Shown here piece by piece: positions 42,745 to 53,520 of a stretch of 64,000 nucleotides of DNA. Under the pieces are notes generated by a model that was not told where the DNA came from, searched no databases, and was given only the letters and a program-made list of their open reading frames with translations. The position numbers and the translations under genes are program-made. Numbering within the stretch: the first letter of the stretch is position 1; every line of letters starts with the position of its first letter. The stretch comes from Candidatus Latescibacterota bacterium (lineage in GTDB: Bacteria > Latescibacterota > CBDEFO01), in NCBI GenBank assembly GCA_965248755.1, contig OZ252149.1, forward strand, positions 192,001 to 256,000, written 5' to 3'.

Positions 42745-42955
42745 CGGAAGTAATTCGAATTTAATACGTCCGAGTAGTATAACTTCACAGAGAGTACGCT
42801 GTTTGGCACATTTAAGGTGAGCGTCCCTCGAAGGTGACTGTCCGTTGATTGAACTGCACACTAAAGTTGTAGAAATGTAGCCGCCGTAGGTATGTCTACT
42901 ATAAGCCCATAAGCCGGTTTTTTTCAAAAACCATGTGGCATCTCAAAAAAATATC

Positions 42956-42984
42956 TTGACATCTACAAGAGATATTAATAGATT
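42956..42984 (+). promoter_or_regulatory. Second sigma-70 promoter
   Basis: TTGACA-17 nt-TAGATT. Confidence 0.6.
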
Positions 42985-43236
42985 AGTAAAGCAAAGCTGG
43001 CGCAATTTCCACAAGTAGAGTCTTGTTTTTGAATCCTGCAAGGGATGTTAGGCGTCCCAAGGACGGTAGCGTCTCGCAGACACAAAATCTCAAGAAAGGA
43101 GGTGGTGTTAAGTTATTGATTCTGGAATATGATAACCGCTAAAGGAGGTGGTGAAAAAGGAGCGTTATACTGGTCTAAGTGTAATATATAGAATCCGTTG
43201 TATGAGTTAATAATCTTCAACGAAAGGATTGTCACA

Positions 43237-44106
43237 ATGAAGAAGATGTTAGCAATGTTCATAGTACTGGGAGTCGTGGTCTTTGCTGCTTCGATGAGTT
43301 CCGCTCACCTGAGGACAGATGAGATCTTTGTCGTGCCCCATGTTCCTGATAATCTTTCAGTGGACGGTGATGGGTCCGAGTGGCAGATGCTTCCTCGGCA
43401 GTACTATTTAACGATGGATGATCTGTTAGAGACCACCGATAAGGGGGTTTCAATGGACCCCGCCAACCTCGCCGTGAAGGTAGCCTGGGGATGGAGCTCG
43501 GTGACCAACAAGATCTATATGTGGGAGGAGAGATTTGACAACTTCTCTAATGCACGGATAACTACGACAGACCGTCAGGAAAACATCGAATTTGGTCTCG
43601 ATGCTGACCACGGCGGAGAACGGATGAACAACGTGGCTGTAGAAGATCTGGATGGGGCCAGGTGGGAAGGAGCTCGAGGTCAGGGCTATCGCTATTATCT
43701 GAACAGAGAGGATCCACTCTGGCATTGGGGAGCGTCCACGTGGGCAAGTCTGTCTCCTTATGCCGAGATCGGCTGGGATTTGGATGGCGAAATAGGTGGG
43801 GAAGGCGTCCAGACTGTAGAATTATCCGTCACTCCGTTTGACGACCTGCATCCTGAGGGTATTGATCAGAGCACGATACACACCCTTACAGAGGGAGAGG
43901 TCGTAGGAATCGTCTTTGCCGTTAAGGACAATGACGATCCCGAAAGTGGTGGCTACGACCAAGGCTGGTGGTCTAGCAGTCACGCAACTGCCGACTGCTG
44001 TGCGGATTCGTTTAATGATTACGTCCTGCTTGGTTTTGAGCCTGATATCTGGACAGCTGTTGAGACAGACAGCTGGGGACGCATCAAGTCAACCTTTAGA
44101 GAATAA
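43237..44106 (+). CDS. Secreted CBM9/DOMON-like protein with C-terminal TAVETDSWGRIK tail
   Basis: Signal peptide MKKMLAM..SSA. VDGDGSEW, W....KIY, EFGLDADH and GIVFAVKDND pattern typical of CBM9-like domains. Confidence 0.75.
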   Translation: MKKMLAMFIVLGVVVFAASMSSAHLRTDEIFVVPHVPDNLSVDGDGSEWQMLPRQYYLTMDDLLETTDKGVSMDPANLAVKVAWGWSSVTNKIYMWEERFDNFSNARITTTDRQENIEFGLDADHGGERMNNVAVEDLDGARWEGARGQGYRYYLNREDPLWHWGASTWASLSPYAEIGWDLDGEIGGEGVQTVELSVTPFDDLHPEGIDQSTIHTLTEGEVVGIVFAVKDNDDPESGGYDQGWWSSSHATADCCADSFNDYVLLGFEPDIWTAVETDSWGRIKSTFRE

Positions 44107-44127
44107 GAAGGAAAGAAGTTAGATGTC

Positions 44128-44168
44128 AAGGGGGGCCGGTTGTTATTCACTACGCGCCCCCCTTTTTC
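44128..44168 (+). terminator. Putative intrinsic terminator
   Basis: AAGGGGGG...CCCCCCTT stem followed by a T run, downstream of the stop codon. Confidence 0.55.
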
Positions 44169-44649
44169 TTGGGTCCGCAGGACGTAGCAGTGGACTACGA
44201 ACCATTCCTGCTGAGATCCAGTCCAATTAGCTAACGTGCCTTTGTCTGCAACAATCAGGGTAACGCCTCCTGCGTTATCGTCCATAGAATTGGGAGGCCC
44301 CCTTCACCTGCAGGCAAGGAGAGTCTTCAGGAGATAGGAATCGATTTAAGCAAAGCAAGCTGCTTGAACTCTGAGTTCATGGAAGGTCTCTCTCTTCAGC
44401 ACGCAAACGTTGGCTTGCATCAGCCTAATCCGACCCAGGACGGTGAGAACATAGCTTTGCCGATATTTCAGCAGTTATGGATGCGCAAACTATCGGTAGA
44501 TTGATAGTTAAAGTGATTGTCTATTAATTACACTATTACATACATAAGAGTACAGAAGTAGATGGCGATTTGGAAGTAAACTATCTAGGCTGGCAGGTTC
44601 GACTCTGCTTGCTTTGGTGGACGTCGTTATTTCAATATATGTTCCTCCT

Positions 44650-45704
44650 CAATGATTATCTACAGGACCAGAACGGCCTTTTTATCCGCAGAAAGAGACG
44701 GCCTCCAGGTGATAGGAGTCGATTTTAGGGAGATTGGCTGGTTGAAATCTGATTTTCTGTCGGACCTCGTTACAGATGCGTTAGATCATGAGGGAGAGAA
44801 CATAGCCTTAACGGTCGAGACAGAGGGACATGTTACTTCTGACGGAAGAGTTACTGTAAATCTACCAGGTTATGACGGAGACCGCGGATTAGCTGAGATA
44901 CAACTTTTCGGGGAGGGCACCGTAGCAGAGACCAGACGGCATCTAACTTTTGCGGAACAGCCCCCTTATTAGAGCTACCTGCGCCAAGGAAGCTGAGGTC
45001 CTTATCGAGGACCTTCTGGAGTCAGGCTGAACTTTAAGCAGGTAAAGCTTTCAAGTAAAGCTTTACAGAAGCGGCAGCCAACGTGAAAGTTATACAGTTG
45101 ACAGCAAGGGGGTAGACATCATTAGCAGATTAGGATGATTCTCTTTGGTTTCGTCTGCCCAGCCTTATGAAAGCTACTACTGGCGACTCTTCTAATCGAG
45201 GTCAAGTCCGCGAATTATACGGATTTAGCACATTTTTCGATGGTTCAATAGCCAACTCTTCCATAAAGGGTCCCTGGCAGACAACGGACGATGGTGATGC
45301 AAATGGCGTTACAGACAGCGAAAAGACAGTAGTATTAGCGCTTGAAGGAAACAAGATATTAGATAGCCAAGATATTAGATATCATTAAAGTAGTCGATCC
45401 TGAGAATCTCACACCGAAGGGTGATGGGATCAACGATGAGCGGACATAATCTTTTCAGTGTTGCGAGTGAGGTTATTAACACCTGTCCAGGTGCAGACAT
45501 AACTATCCTGGCGGCAACAAAGTTCGTGAATTGCTCAATGATCCTCTTTCCTCCCGGAGATATACAGTTCCCCGGTGATGGCACCGATAAGTCAGGAGAG
45601 CCAGCCACTGTGCTGGTATATACGTTATGAGGCTTATTGTTGATACCGATTCAGATTCGGGGGAAGATACTTCAGTCAGCCGGTTAGTTCAGGTTGTATA
45701 TTAG
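44650..45704 (+). pseudogene. Degraded paralog of the discoidin/FlgD-Ig protein at 45732
   Basis: Remnants in different frames with stops: GLAEIQLFGEG, TPKGDGINDE, DGTDKSGEP, GIYVMRLIVDTDSD...VQVVY*. Confidence 0.7.
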
Positions 45705-45731
45705 CTTTGCCTAAAAAGAGGAGTAGATTGA

Positions 45732-47918
45732 ATGGACAGCAGTTTTTTTAGAAACTCATGGCTATTAGCCCTTCTTTTTGTGTCAGTGGTACTTATAACA
45801 AGAAAGTCTCATGGGGAAACGATCGTAATAGGAGGAGGCCCGGGCGCCCTTCCCTGGGACGAGCAATATTCTGATTTGTCGGTCATAGATTTTGACACGA
45901 ACCCCGGTACGATTCTACCCCGACAGACCGATCCTAACGATAACCTCTCTCTGGGTTTAATCGCAAGGGGGGGGGCTGTAACTTCACCTAACGCGGATAA
46001 AACGCTTGGAGTGACTAATGATTTCGTAAACAAGCGGTTAGCAACTATGGTTAGCGGTGATACTTTGGCTTTTGAAGTTAGTGATATCTCATCCGCAGGA
46101 ATAATAATTTTTATAGACCTGGGCGAGACTTTTGGTGTCAACAGGATCAAGTTTTTCCCAAGAAGTGACCATGAACAGTTTTTTTTGAGGGGCTATGAGA
46201 TATCCGTGAACGATGGGAGCAAGGAACAGACGAGCCAGCAAGGGAATCCTGTGTTCAGGCACTGGTGGTCGACCTCTAACAACACCGATCCTGTGGTTGA
46301 TCTGCATGTCCCACTGCAAAATGTCCGTTTTATACGGCTACAGCAGATTGTAAGTTCGGAGTGGGAGATAGACGAGTTTCAGGTCTTCGGCGAAGGTTAT
46401 GTACGCTCAGCGGCGTACACATCAAGGATACTCGACTCTTTTGATATGTTAAACCAGGGACAGCTTTCCATCTTTGGCGGTATAGAATGGTCCAAGGGGA
46501 GTATAGGCCAACCGGACAAATCGAGTGCGACCGTAACGGCAAGGAGTGGAAATGGAACAAGCTCCAGCGACGTTGTTTGGAGCGATTGGTCTCCGCCCTA
46601 TCCGGCGGGCGCCCTTACTGATATTCTCTTGCCAGCACCCCGCCGGTTTTTTCAGTTTCACATACTCTTTGAGAGCAACGATCTTGAGTCCGCCGCGACT
46701 GTCGATTCACTGGCCTTTCAAGTTTCTCCTGCAGTGGCTGACTCCATAAAGGGCGAGATATGGCCGCAAACTACACGCGTCGCCCAGGACACTAGGTTCG
46801 CCTACACGATAAGATCCTTTAACAGCACAGGCTTCGACACCCTCGAAATAAAGACCCTCGCTCCAGTGGACGTGGTAAGCTCGGTGCAAATAGATGGAAT
46901 TGAAGTTGATGATATTGACAAAACGGATGTCAAAGACGGGTTCAAAATAGCCTTTCCTAGAATTACGGGGGACAAGACCCTCAGGGTAATGTTCAACAGC
47001 TTGGCTTTACAGTATAACACAATCTTCAGCGGAAAGGTCTGGGATAGCCAAAGACCCGACTGGTTTCCCCAATCGGTAGTAGATGGAGACGTAGCCTCGG
47101 ATTTTGGCATATTCCTGGATGGCTTGGGCAATATCTATATCGCAGATACGTTCAATCATCGGATACGCAAGGTGGATACGTCAGGTATCATCAATACTGT
47201 GGCAGGAAATGGCATTGCTGGATTTTCCGGTGATGGTGGTCCTGCTACCAGTGCGAGCTTGAATGTTCCTTCTGGCGTATTCGTGGATGGCTTGGGCAAT
47301 ATCTATATCGCAGATACGTTCAATCATCGGATACGTAAGGTGGATATGTCGGGCATCATCAATACTGTGGCAGGAAATGGCATCCGGGGATTTTCCGGCG
47401 ATGATAGTCTGGCTACGAGCGCGAGTTTAGACTTTCCTGAGGGCGTATTCGTGGATGGCTTGGGCAATATCTCTATCCCGGATCAGAGAAATCAACGGAT
47501 ACGTATTGTGGATACGTCGGGCATCATCTCCACCGTGGCCCGTACGCTGCCAGCCGGAGATGACCTTTCTGTCGAACTAAAAATAGATAAAGAATTAGAT
47601 GTGATCTATTCCATAAAGACAGAGCCTAATCCCTTTACACCAAACGGAGATGGAATAAACGATATCCTCTTTGTAACCTATGACATTGTAAACCTGACAG
47701 ATATAGTCCCGGTCTCCGTAAGTGTATACGATCTTTCAGGCAGGCTTAGAAAGGAGATCTATTCGGGTCAGGACTCCAGCGGGAGATACCCACGGGACTG
47801 GGACGGAACAGACGACGGCGGAGAACTGCTTCCGCCTGGAACGTATTTACTTCGTGTGGAGCTAAAAACAGATTCGGGGACACTGGGGAAAACAGAAACC
47901 GTATCTGTAGTCTATTGA
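45732..47918 (+). CDS. Secreted protein: discoidin-like domain, NHL repeats, C-terminal FlgD-Ig (FTPNGDGIND) domain
   Basis: Signal peptide. IDLG..FGVNRIKFFPR...VRFIRL...EFQVFGEG, then NHL block, then PNPFTPNGDGIND...WDGTD..PPGTY. Confidence 0.85.
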   Translation: MDSSFFRNSWLLALLFVSVVLITRKSHGETIVIGGGPGALPWDEQYSDLSVIDFDTNPGTILPRQTDPNDNLSLGLIARGGAVTSPNADKTLGVTNDFVNKRLATMVSGDTLAFEVSDISSAGIIIFIDLGETFGVNRIKFFPRSDHEQFFLRGYEISVNDGSKEQTSQQGNPVFRHWWSTSNNTDPVVDLHVPLQNVRFIRLQQIVSSEWEIDEFQVFGEGYVRSAAYTSRILDSFDMLNQGQLSIFGGIEWSKGSIGQPDKSSATVTARSGNGTSSSDVVWSDWSPPYPAGALTDILLPAPRRFFQFHILFESNDLESAATVDSLAFQVSPAVADSIKGEIWPQTTRVAQDTRFAYTIRSFNSTGFDTLEIKTLAPVDVVSSVQIDGIEVDDIDKTDVKDGFKIAFPRITGDKTLRVMFNSLALQYNTIFSGKVWDSQRPDWFPQSVVDGDVASDFGIFLDGLGNIYIADTFNHRIRKVDTSGIINTVAGNGIAGFSGDGGPATSASLNVPSGVFVDGLGNIYIADTFNHRIRKVDMSGIINTVAGNGIRGFSGDDSLATSASLDFPEGVFVDGLGNISIPDQRNQRIRIVDTSGIISTVARTLPAGDDLSVELKIDKELDVIYSIKTEPNPFTPNGDGINDILFVTYDIVNLTDIVPVSVSVYDLSGRLRKEIYSGQDSSGRYPRDWDGTDDGGELLPPGTYLLRVELKTDSGTLGKTETVSVVY
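47105..47540 (+). repeat. Intragenic 168-bp NHL repeats (about 2.6 copies)
   Basis: GGATGGCTTGGGCAATATCT recurs at a 168-bp period. Confidence 0.85.
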
Positions 47919-47965
47919 CCCCCGATTGAATCCCCGATAGAAGCAATCGGGGATTCAATCGGGGG
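47919..47965. repeat. Nested REP forming a 20-bp-arm perfect hairpin directly after a stop codon
   Basis: CCCCCGATTGAATCCCCGAT-AGAAGCA-ATCGGGGATTCAATCGGGGG. Confidence 0.9.
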
Positions 47966-48020
47966 CTTTAACTAATGTCAAAGCTGTAGCTGTTCTAACT
48001 TGTACCCGAGGGAGGGTTCA

Positions 48021-50753
48021 ATGATAATTGGTCACACCTTCAGATCTAAGGCGCGTGGTATCGTCCCTCTTATGCTTTGGGCGGGGATGATTTTCAACTC
48101 TATTGCTTACTCCCAAGATTACAGTGCGTCTCGGATAGGTGTGCGTCGGGGTGGGAAGATCACCTACGAACCGCAAGGACCTGGTGTCCTGTTCGGCGCT
48201 TTGGACCCGGCGGTCAAGAAATGGTATGTGCCGCAGGAGCTCTTCATGGAGTACCAATGGAAGCAGTGGGAGTACACAAACTACGCCCGGGACCGCTACC
48301 AGCGGTATGTGGACATCTCACATGAGGGAGATTATTTCTACGATCTCTATGGCTCCTATATCAGTCGTGGGTGGTTGATCTACGACTGGACCCAGACACA
48401 GGACCAGCCGAGAGGTAGCAGGATATTCAAGACTGAGAAATACAAAACTTTTTTCAGCAACTTGCTGGTGTCCTCTGATCAAAAGGGACAGTACCATCTG
48501 GGGGTAACAATAGGCGATGAAATCAGGACGACGCTGACTCCGATGACCTTCTCAAAGCCTTCGTTCAGCGGGATCCAGATAGATTATCAATCCGACGTAT
48601 ATGAAGCCACGGCGCTCCTTGCCCGGCCCAGTTCCCCCGCAGGCGCCGGTGCAGTAGCCTCAGAACAAACAAGCCAGACGGTCTTAACTGGGGGGAGGGC
48701 CACGGCCCAATTGGGCGATTTTGTCAAAATCGGAGCCACCTACGTAAATGTCCATAACTCTACGACACTTTTAGAGAGCTTCGAGGGGAGTCCGAGAAGC
48801 GGATCCCTCTCCATAGGCCAAAATTTACAGAGCGTAACAAAACTTTTCATAAGGATTTTGGACGATTCCCCCGAGGATAAGGAGGATGGAGCCGCCCTAT
48901 TTTCATGGGATCTGATCATAGAAGCGGATATTAAAATCGTTACTGAAAACATTGACGAAGAGGGAATCGGGACGATCGTAAGGACGATCGAAAGACAGGT
49001 AGTCAGGGCAAGCGAAGTGGGACTCATCCCTTCTCCTCAGGGCGGCGTCCCGCGCAGAGGTTTCTGGGAGGCATCAGGAGCTGAAGCGATAGACCTGCTG
49101 TTTGATCTTAGAGAGGGGTCATATACAGGCCCTGATCCGACGCAGATAAAGAAGGTCACGTTCGAAGTGGTGGTGGCAAACGACTACAGGGTAGAGGTGT
49201 CTTCAGACCGTCAGAATGACAGGATTGGAAACATTGTATATCTGTTAGCAGCCAGAGCCGATGGCAATGTAAAAGACAGCTCGAATCTGAAGCTCCTCAG
49301 GATCGACTACGGTCTGCCAACAGCCACCGAGATATATGGGGTAACGCTGGAGGCAAACGATATTTTGGGATTTGATATTTACGGAGAATATGACCGGAGC
49401 CGCAGTTACAGAAAATATCCCAACAGCCTGGAGACAAAACACAAAACAGCCTCCGACGAAGCCGATGCATGGATGGTAAACATATCAAAGATTGAGTATC
49501 CATGGTTCCTCTTCGGAGAGGCTTACAGCATGGAAGACAATTATAATACATCCGCATTTCTTACGAATTTTGGTGCGAATGATATATTTTACGATGAAAT
49601 TGGGAATTTCAAGTACGAACTTGTGGACGATAACGACGATCAAGATAGAAACCCAGATTGGGGTAGGAAATTCCAAGGTTTGGACACTAAGGTATTTCCG
49701 GGCTTCGATGAGAACCAGGATTTTATATCCGACTTTAATCAAAATGACAGCAGGGACAGGCCAAACGCGGTGCCTGACTATGATGAGCCCTTTTTAAGGT
49801 ATGGCACAGATCGGCCGGAGTTTCTATTCGGGATAGATATGAACAACAATAAGTGGGTGGATCGCTTCGAAAATGATGACGACGCCGACTTTCCTTACGA
49901 CATAGACCATAGAGGATTCAACGCTTATGTTGGTCTTCATGTAACTCCGGAAGTGAGGCTTATGATCGGGCAAAACAGAGAAGAACTCCTTTCCGGAGAT
50001 GGGGACAATATCACCAGCTACGTCCTCTTTACTCTGGACAAGGACTTCCCAGCATTGGGTAGGCTGAAGATATTCGAGAATTTTAAGTTGGCAAAGGACA
50101 ACATAGAAGATGACCTTCGCCAATGGGATGAACGAGCAAGGAGGAACGTTCCAACTCCCGATCCTCTGGCAGCTCAAGATACCTGGATAAATTCGGCCTT
50201 TGTAAGTTTTGACTACACAAAGAAGAGAAACCTGAACATTATCAGCAAGCTAAAATTCGATGTGTGGAACCAAAGGTCAGAACGGGAGGATTTCAACTTT
50301 TTCGGCCTGATCAATAAAGCCGACTATACCTTTAAGATAGGGGTTCTTGATATCCAACCTCGGATTAAAAACGCACTCAGGATCTCCCACGGATCACCGC
50401 CTATATTTGTGGCCTCGGAAGCCGCGGAGCTTAGATCGGATCCCAAGCGAAGGGAAAATACTCTAATTCTCTTTACGATAGCGACACTACCAGTGCTTAA
50501 TGGCTCGGAATTTCAAGGTGGAGTTGAGTACACGATCTTCCGACAGCTGAGGCAAGAGCTGAGGCAAGGATTAACAGACCACTTTAAAGAATCAGTACTT
50601 GCAGTGCAATTCTCCAACGCTGTGGACTACCTGGGATACAAGCTGATAAGCCAGTTCGGGATGAGATGGAGCAGAAAGAAGCTCGCCGGCGAGGAGGATG
50701 CGGTAACGGGCAGTGTAGCCTTTGCTACGGTATATGCCGGTGTGCAAGAATAA
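48021..50753 (+). CDS. Large conserved hypothetical exported protein, probable outer-membrane beta-barrel C-terminus
   Basis: Signal peptide, Asp-rich segment (DDNDDQD, DMNNN..DRFEND), alternating amphipathic strands ending FATVYAGVQE. Confidence 0.75.
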   Translation: MIIGHTFRSKARGIVPLMLWAGMIFNSIAYSQDYSASRIGVRRGGKITYEPQGPGVLFGALDPAVKKWYVPQELFMEYQWKQWEYTNYARDRYQRYVDISHEGDYFYDLYGSYISRGWLIYDWTQTQDQPRGSRIFKTEKYKTFFSNLLVSSDQKGQYHLGVTIGDEIRTTLTPMTFSKPSFSGIQIDYQSDVYEATALLARPSSPAGAGAVASEQTSQTVLTGGRATAQLGDFVKIGATYVNVHNSTTLLESFEGSPRSGSLSIGQNLQSVTKLFIRILDDSPEDKEDGAALFSWDLIIEADIKIVTENIDEEGIGTIVRTIERQVVRASEVGLIPSPQGGVPRRGFWEASGAEAIDLLFDLREGSYTGPDPTQIKKVTFEVVVANDYRVEVSSDRQNDRIGNIVYLLAARADGNVKDSSNLKLLRIDYGLPTATEIYGVTLEANDILGFDIYGEYDRSRSYRKYPNSLETKHKTASDEADAWMVNISKIEYPWFLFGEAYSMEDNYNTSAFLTNFGANDIFYDEIGNFKYELVDDNDDQDRNPDWGRKFQGLDTKVFPGFDENQDFISDFNQNDSRDRPNAVPDYDEPFLRYGTDRPEFLFGIDMNNNKWVDRFENDDDADFPYDIDHRGFNAYVGLHVTPEVRLMIGQNREELLSGDGDNITSYVLFTLDKDFPALGRLKIFENFKLAKDNIEDDLRQWDERARRNVPTPDPLAAQDTWINSAFVSFDYTKKRNLNIISKLKFDVWNQRSEREDFNFFGLINKADYTFKIGVLDIQPRIKNALRISHGSPPIFVASEAAELRSDPKRRENTLILFTIATLPVLNGSEFQGGVEYTIFRQLRQELRQGLTDHFKESVLAVQFSNAVDYLGYKLISQFGMRWSRKKLAGEEDAVTGSVAFATVYAGVQE

Positions 50754-52905
50754 AAGATGGGTTCAGAGCTTCCTCAGTAGTAAGACAATAGGCATTTTCC
50801 TTATTGCCTTAGCAGCAAGGCTTTTCTACCTCAGTCAGATATCGGATAGTCCGCTTTTCGACTCCCCTGTGGTAGACTCATTAACTTATGTAGATCAAGC
50901 CAAGGATATAGTTGACGGAAACTGGCTCGGTGTCGAGAAGGGCCCTTTTTGGCAGCCGCCTTTTTATCCGTACTTTCTGGCTTTAGTAAGGTTGATCTTC
51001 AAAGACCAGTTCTTCTGGGCAGTTCGCCTGATACAGATTGTACTCGGTTCTTTGGGATGTGTGCTGATATTTTTGATTAGCAGACGATTTTTTAATACGT
51101 CTGTGGCTATCATCGCCTCGGTGTTGGGTGCTCTTTACGGCATCTTGATATATTTTGACGGTGAACTCCTGCCCGCATCCATCGCCCTCTTTTTGGATCT
51201 GCTTCTTATTCTGTCTCTTTTAGAGGCTTCTGAACGTCCACGCATCTGGAAGTGGCTCCTTTCGGGATTCATCTTCGGCTTATCGGCCATTACGGTTCCC
51301 AATGTTTTAGCACTTGCACCTTTTATCTTGCTCTGGATGTGGATAGCGTTCAGATCCAGGTCAAACGTTGATTCAGTTCTGTCCGCTGAAAGCGGGCCGA
51401 TAGAGACTGCAGAACCCAAACTCGAAAGAGGTGGCAGAACTTCACAATTTGCGGTATGGTGCGGCAGCTTCCTTCTGGGTGGGCTTCTGGTGATTTCAAC
51501 TGTTACACTGAGAAACTACCTTGTAGGCGGAGATTTTGTCATAATTTCCTACAACGCGGGGATAAATTTCTACATCGGTAACAACCCTGACTATGACCGA
51601 ACCGTCGGGATCAGACCGGGATGGGAGTGGGAGAACCTCTCCTTTGAACCTTTAGAGAAGGGCATAGATAAGCACTCCGAAAGTTCGAGATACTTCTTCT
51701 CCAAGGCGTGGGAATTTATCAGAGACCAGCCCTTAGAGTATTTCAAACTCCTTTGTAAGAAGCTCTTTTTATTCTGGAACGGGAACGAAATTGGTCGCAA
51801 TCAGGAAATCTATTTTTCCAGGGGGTATTCCTCTTTGATGTGGGCTTCCGTATGGAAGAGGATCATCGCGTTCCCCTTTGGAATTTTGTCTCCTCTTGCT
51901 CTTGTGGGTCTGATCATATCTCTTCCCCGTTGGCGTAAGCTCCTGCTGCTGTATATCTTTGTTACAGTCTACGCCGCTTCTGTGGTCCTTTTTCTGGTGA
52001 CGTCCAGGTATCGCCTTCCAGTGTTGCCCTTTTTGATGATCTTTGCAGCCTACACGATATGGTGGTGGTTCCAGAGCGCTAAAGGCGGTCGCTATCTGAC
52101 TCTGAGTCTTTCGGTTGTACCGTTTGTCCTTTTCACCCTGGCTACAAACACAAAGATCGGAAAGATGGACACCGCCGACAATGCTGAGGTTCATTATAAC
52201 GTCGGCACAATGTACATGAGCAAGAAAATGTATGCAAGCGCTATCGTGGAGTTTGAGAAGGTTGTCTCTCTTAAAGAGAATTACTGGGAGGCATGGCTGA
52301 ATCTCGGTTCAAGCTACGCTGCGGTGGGGATGTACGATGAATCTATAGCTACCAGAAGAAAAGTTGCGGAGGCCAGGCCGAGCTTGATGCTTGCCCGAAA
52401 GGACATGGTGAAAGGGTATATCAAAACCAGTCTTTCTTTAGCAAACACTTACACACAATTAGGTATGTACGACAGGGCGCAAGATGAGTGCGAAAGTGCC
52501 TTCAAAATAGACCCTGGTAATGTAGAGGTTCGTCTTATGTTAGCTTACATCCTTGATAAGAAGGGACTCTATGACGAAGCTGTGGAAGAATACATGAGAA
52601 TCATCGAGACTGGCGACGCTAACCTAGAGGCGCGAAATAACCTGGGCGTTGCTTATGCCAAGAAAGGGATGCTGGACGAAGCAATAGCTGAATTTACAAG
52701 ACTGTTAGCGATCGAACCCCCACATCTAGATGCCCGTTATAATCTCGCTACTGTCTATAAGGAGAAGGGGATGTACGAGGAGGCTATTACTCAATACGAA
52801 GAGATTCTCAAGATCGAGTCGGACTATTCCGACGTCCACCTCAAATTAGCGCTCCTTTATAAGGAGAAGAGCGTTGTCAAAGATGAGGACTCAGTCAAAA
52901 GATGA
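50722..52905 (+). CDS. GT-C (PMT/ArnT-like) membrane glycosyltransferase with C-terminal TPRs (start uncertain)
   Basis: D..Y...A, PPFYPYFLA, NAGINFYIGNNP and SRYRLP motifs, many TM segments, TPR tail. Confidence 0.85.
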   Translation: MLRYMPVCKNKRWVQSFLSSKTIGIFLIALAARLFYLSQISDSPLFDSPVVDSLTYVDQAKDIVDGNWLGVEKGPFWQPPFYPYFLALVRLIFKDQFFWAVRLIQIVLGSLGCVLIFLISRRFFNTSVAIIASVLGALYGILIYFDGELLPASIALFLDLLLILSLLEASERPRIWKWLLSGFIFGLSAITVPNVLALAPFILLWMWIAFRSRSNVDSVLSAESGPIETAEPKLERGGRTSQFAVWCGSFLLGGLLVISTVTLRNYLVGGDFVIISYNAGINFYIGNNPDYDRTVGIRPGWEWENLSFEPLEKGIDKHSESSRYFFSKAWEFIRDQPLEYFKLLCKKLFLFWNGNEIGRNQEIYFSRGYSSLMWASVWKRIIAFPFGILSPLALVGLIISLPRWRKLLLLYIFVTVYAASVVLFLVTSRYRLPVLPFLMIFAAYTIWWWFQSAKGGRYLTLSLSVVPFVLFTLATNTKIGKMDTADNAEVHYNVGTMYMSKKMYASAIVEFEKVVSLKENYWEAWLNLGSSYAAVGMYDESIATRRKVAEARPSLMLARKDMVKGYIKTSLSLANTYTQLGMYDRAQDECESAFKIDPGNVEVRLMLAYILDKKGLYDEAVEEYMRIIETGDANLEARNNLGVAYAKKGMLDEAIAEFTRLLAIEPPHLDARYNLATVYKEKGMYEEAITQYEEILKIESDYSDVHLKLALLYKEKSVVKDEDSVKR

Positions 52906-53520
52906 GAGCTGTCACTGCGCCCTTAAGGTCGAAATAGAAAATGGGTTAGCTCGTTTTCAACAGTCCGTAACAGGAAGTATGTCTCGCGTGTGGCATCATC
53001 GTCGGGCAGACCTGCAGGAGCTCTCCTTGCCAAAGAGGTGAACACACCCGGGCCTTGGGCGTGTATCTCTGGAACGTAAAAATCTGCACGCTGAATTCTC
53101 CTTGCCTGGAGCAGCGAACGTCGAAACTCCTCCCAACATAAGGGGTGAGGCGAACGACTGGTTGATCGAGACAAAGATCAAACTTTTCGGGCTCGCCCGA
53201 ATCAAAAAACCGCGAGCATTATTGATTGCTCTGCAGGCGAGAATGCGGCGGGTTACAACGTACTTGACTCACACCAATTCCCTCTAGTAAACAGGTGATA
53301 AAGGTGTATCCGTTCCACCATGACGACTGCAACCAGCAACAAATCGAGTTCATCAACGGTATTTCGGACAAGTTTAACATGGGTAGAGACTTTTGTCGCA
53401 ACGAAAGGTAGGCCTTGTTCTCAGGTAACTGGGAACTCCCTGAGGGACACCTCAGTTCATATCCGATCCAACCCATGACGCAATGAGACACGTGTATTGC
53501 CTAACCAGAAAGGACAAGCC

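Noticed and set aside
44590..44615. GCAGGTTCGACTCTGC resembling a tRNA T-arm
   Set aside because: No acceptor, D or anticodon arms can be built around it, and the stem is one pair short.
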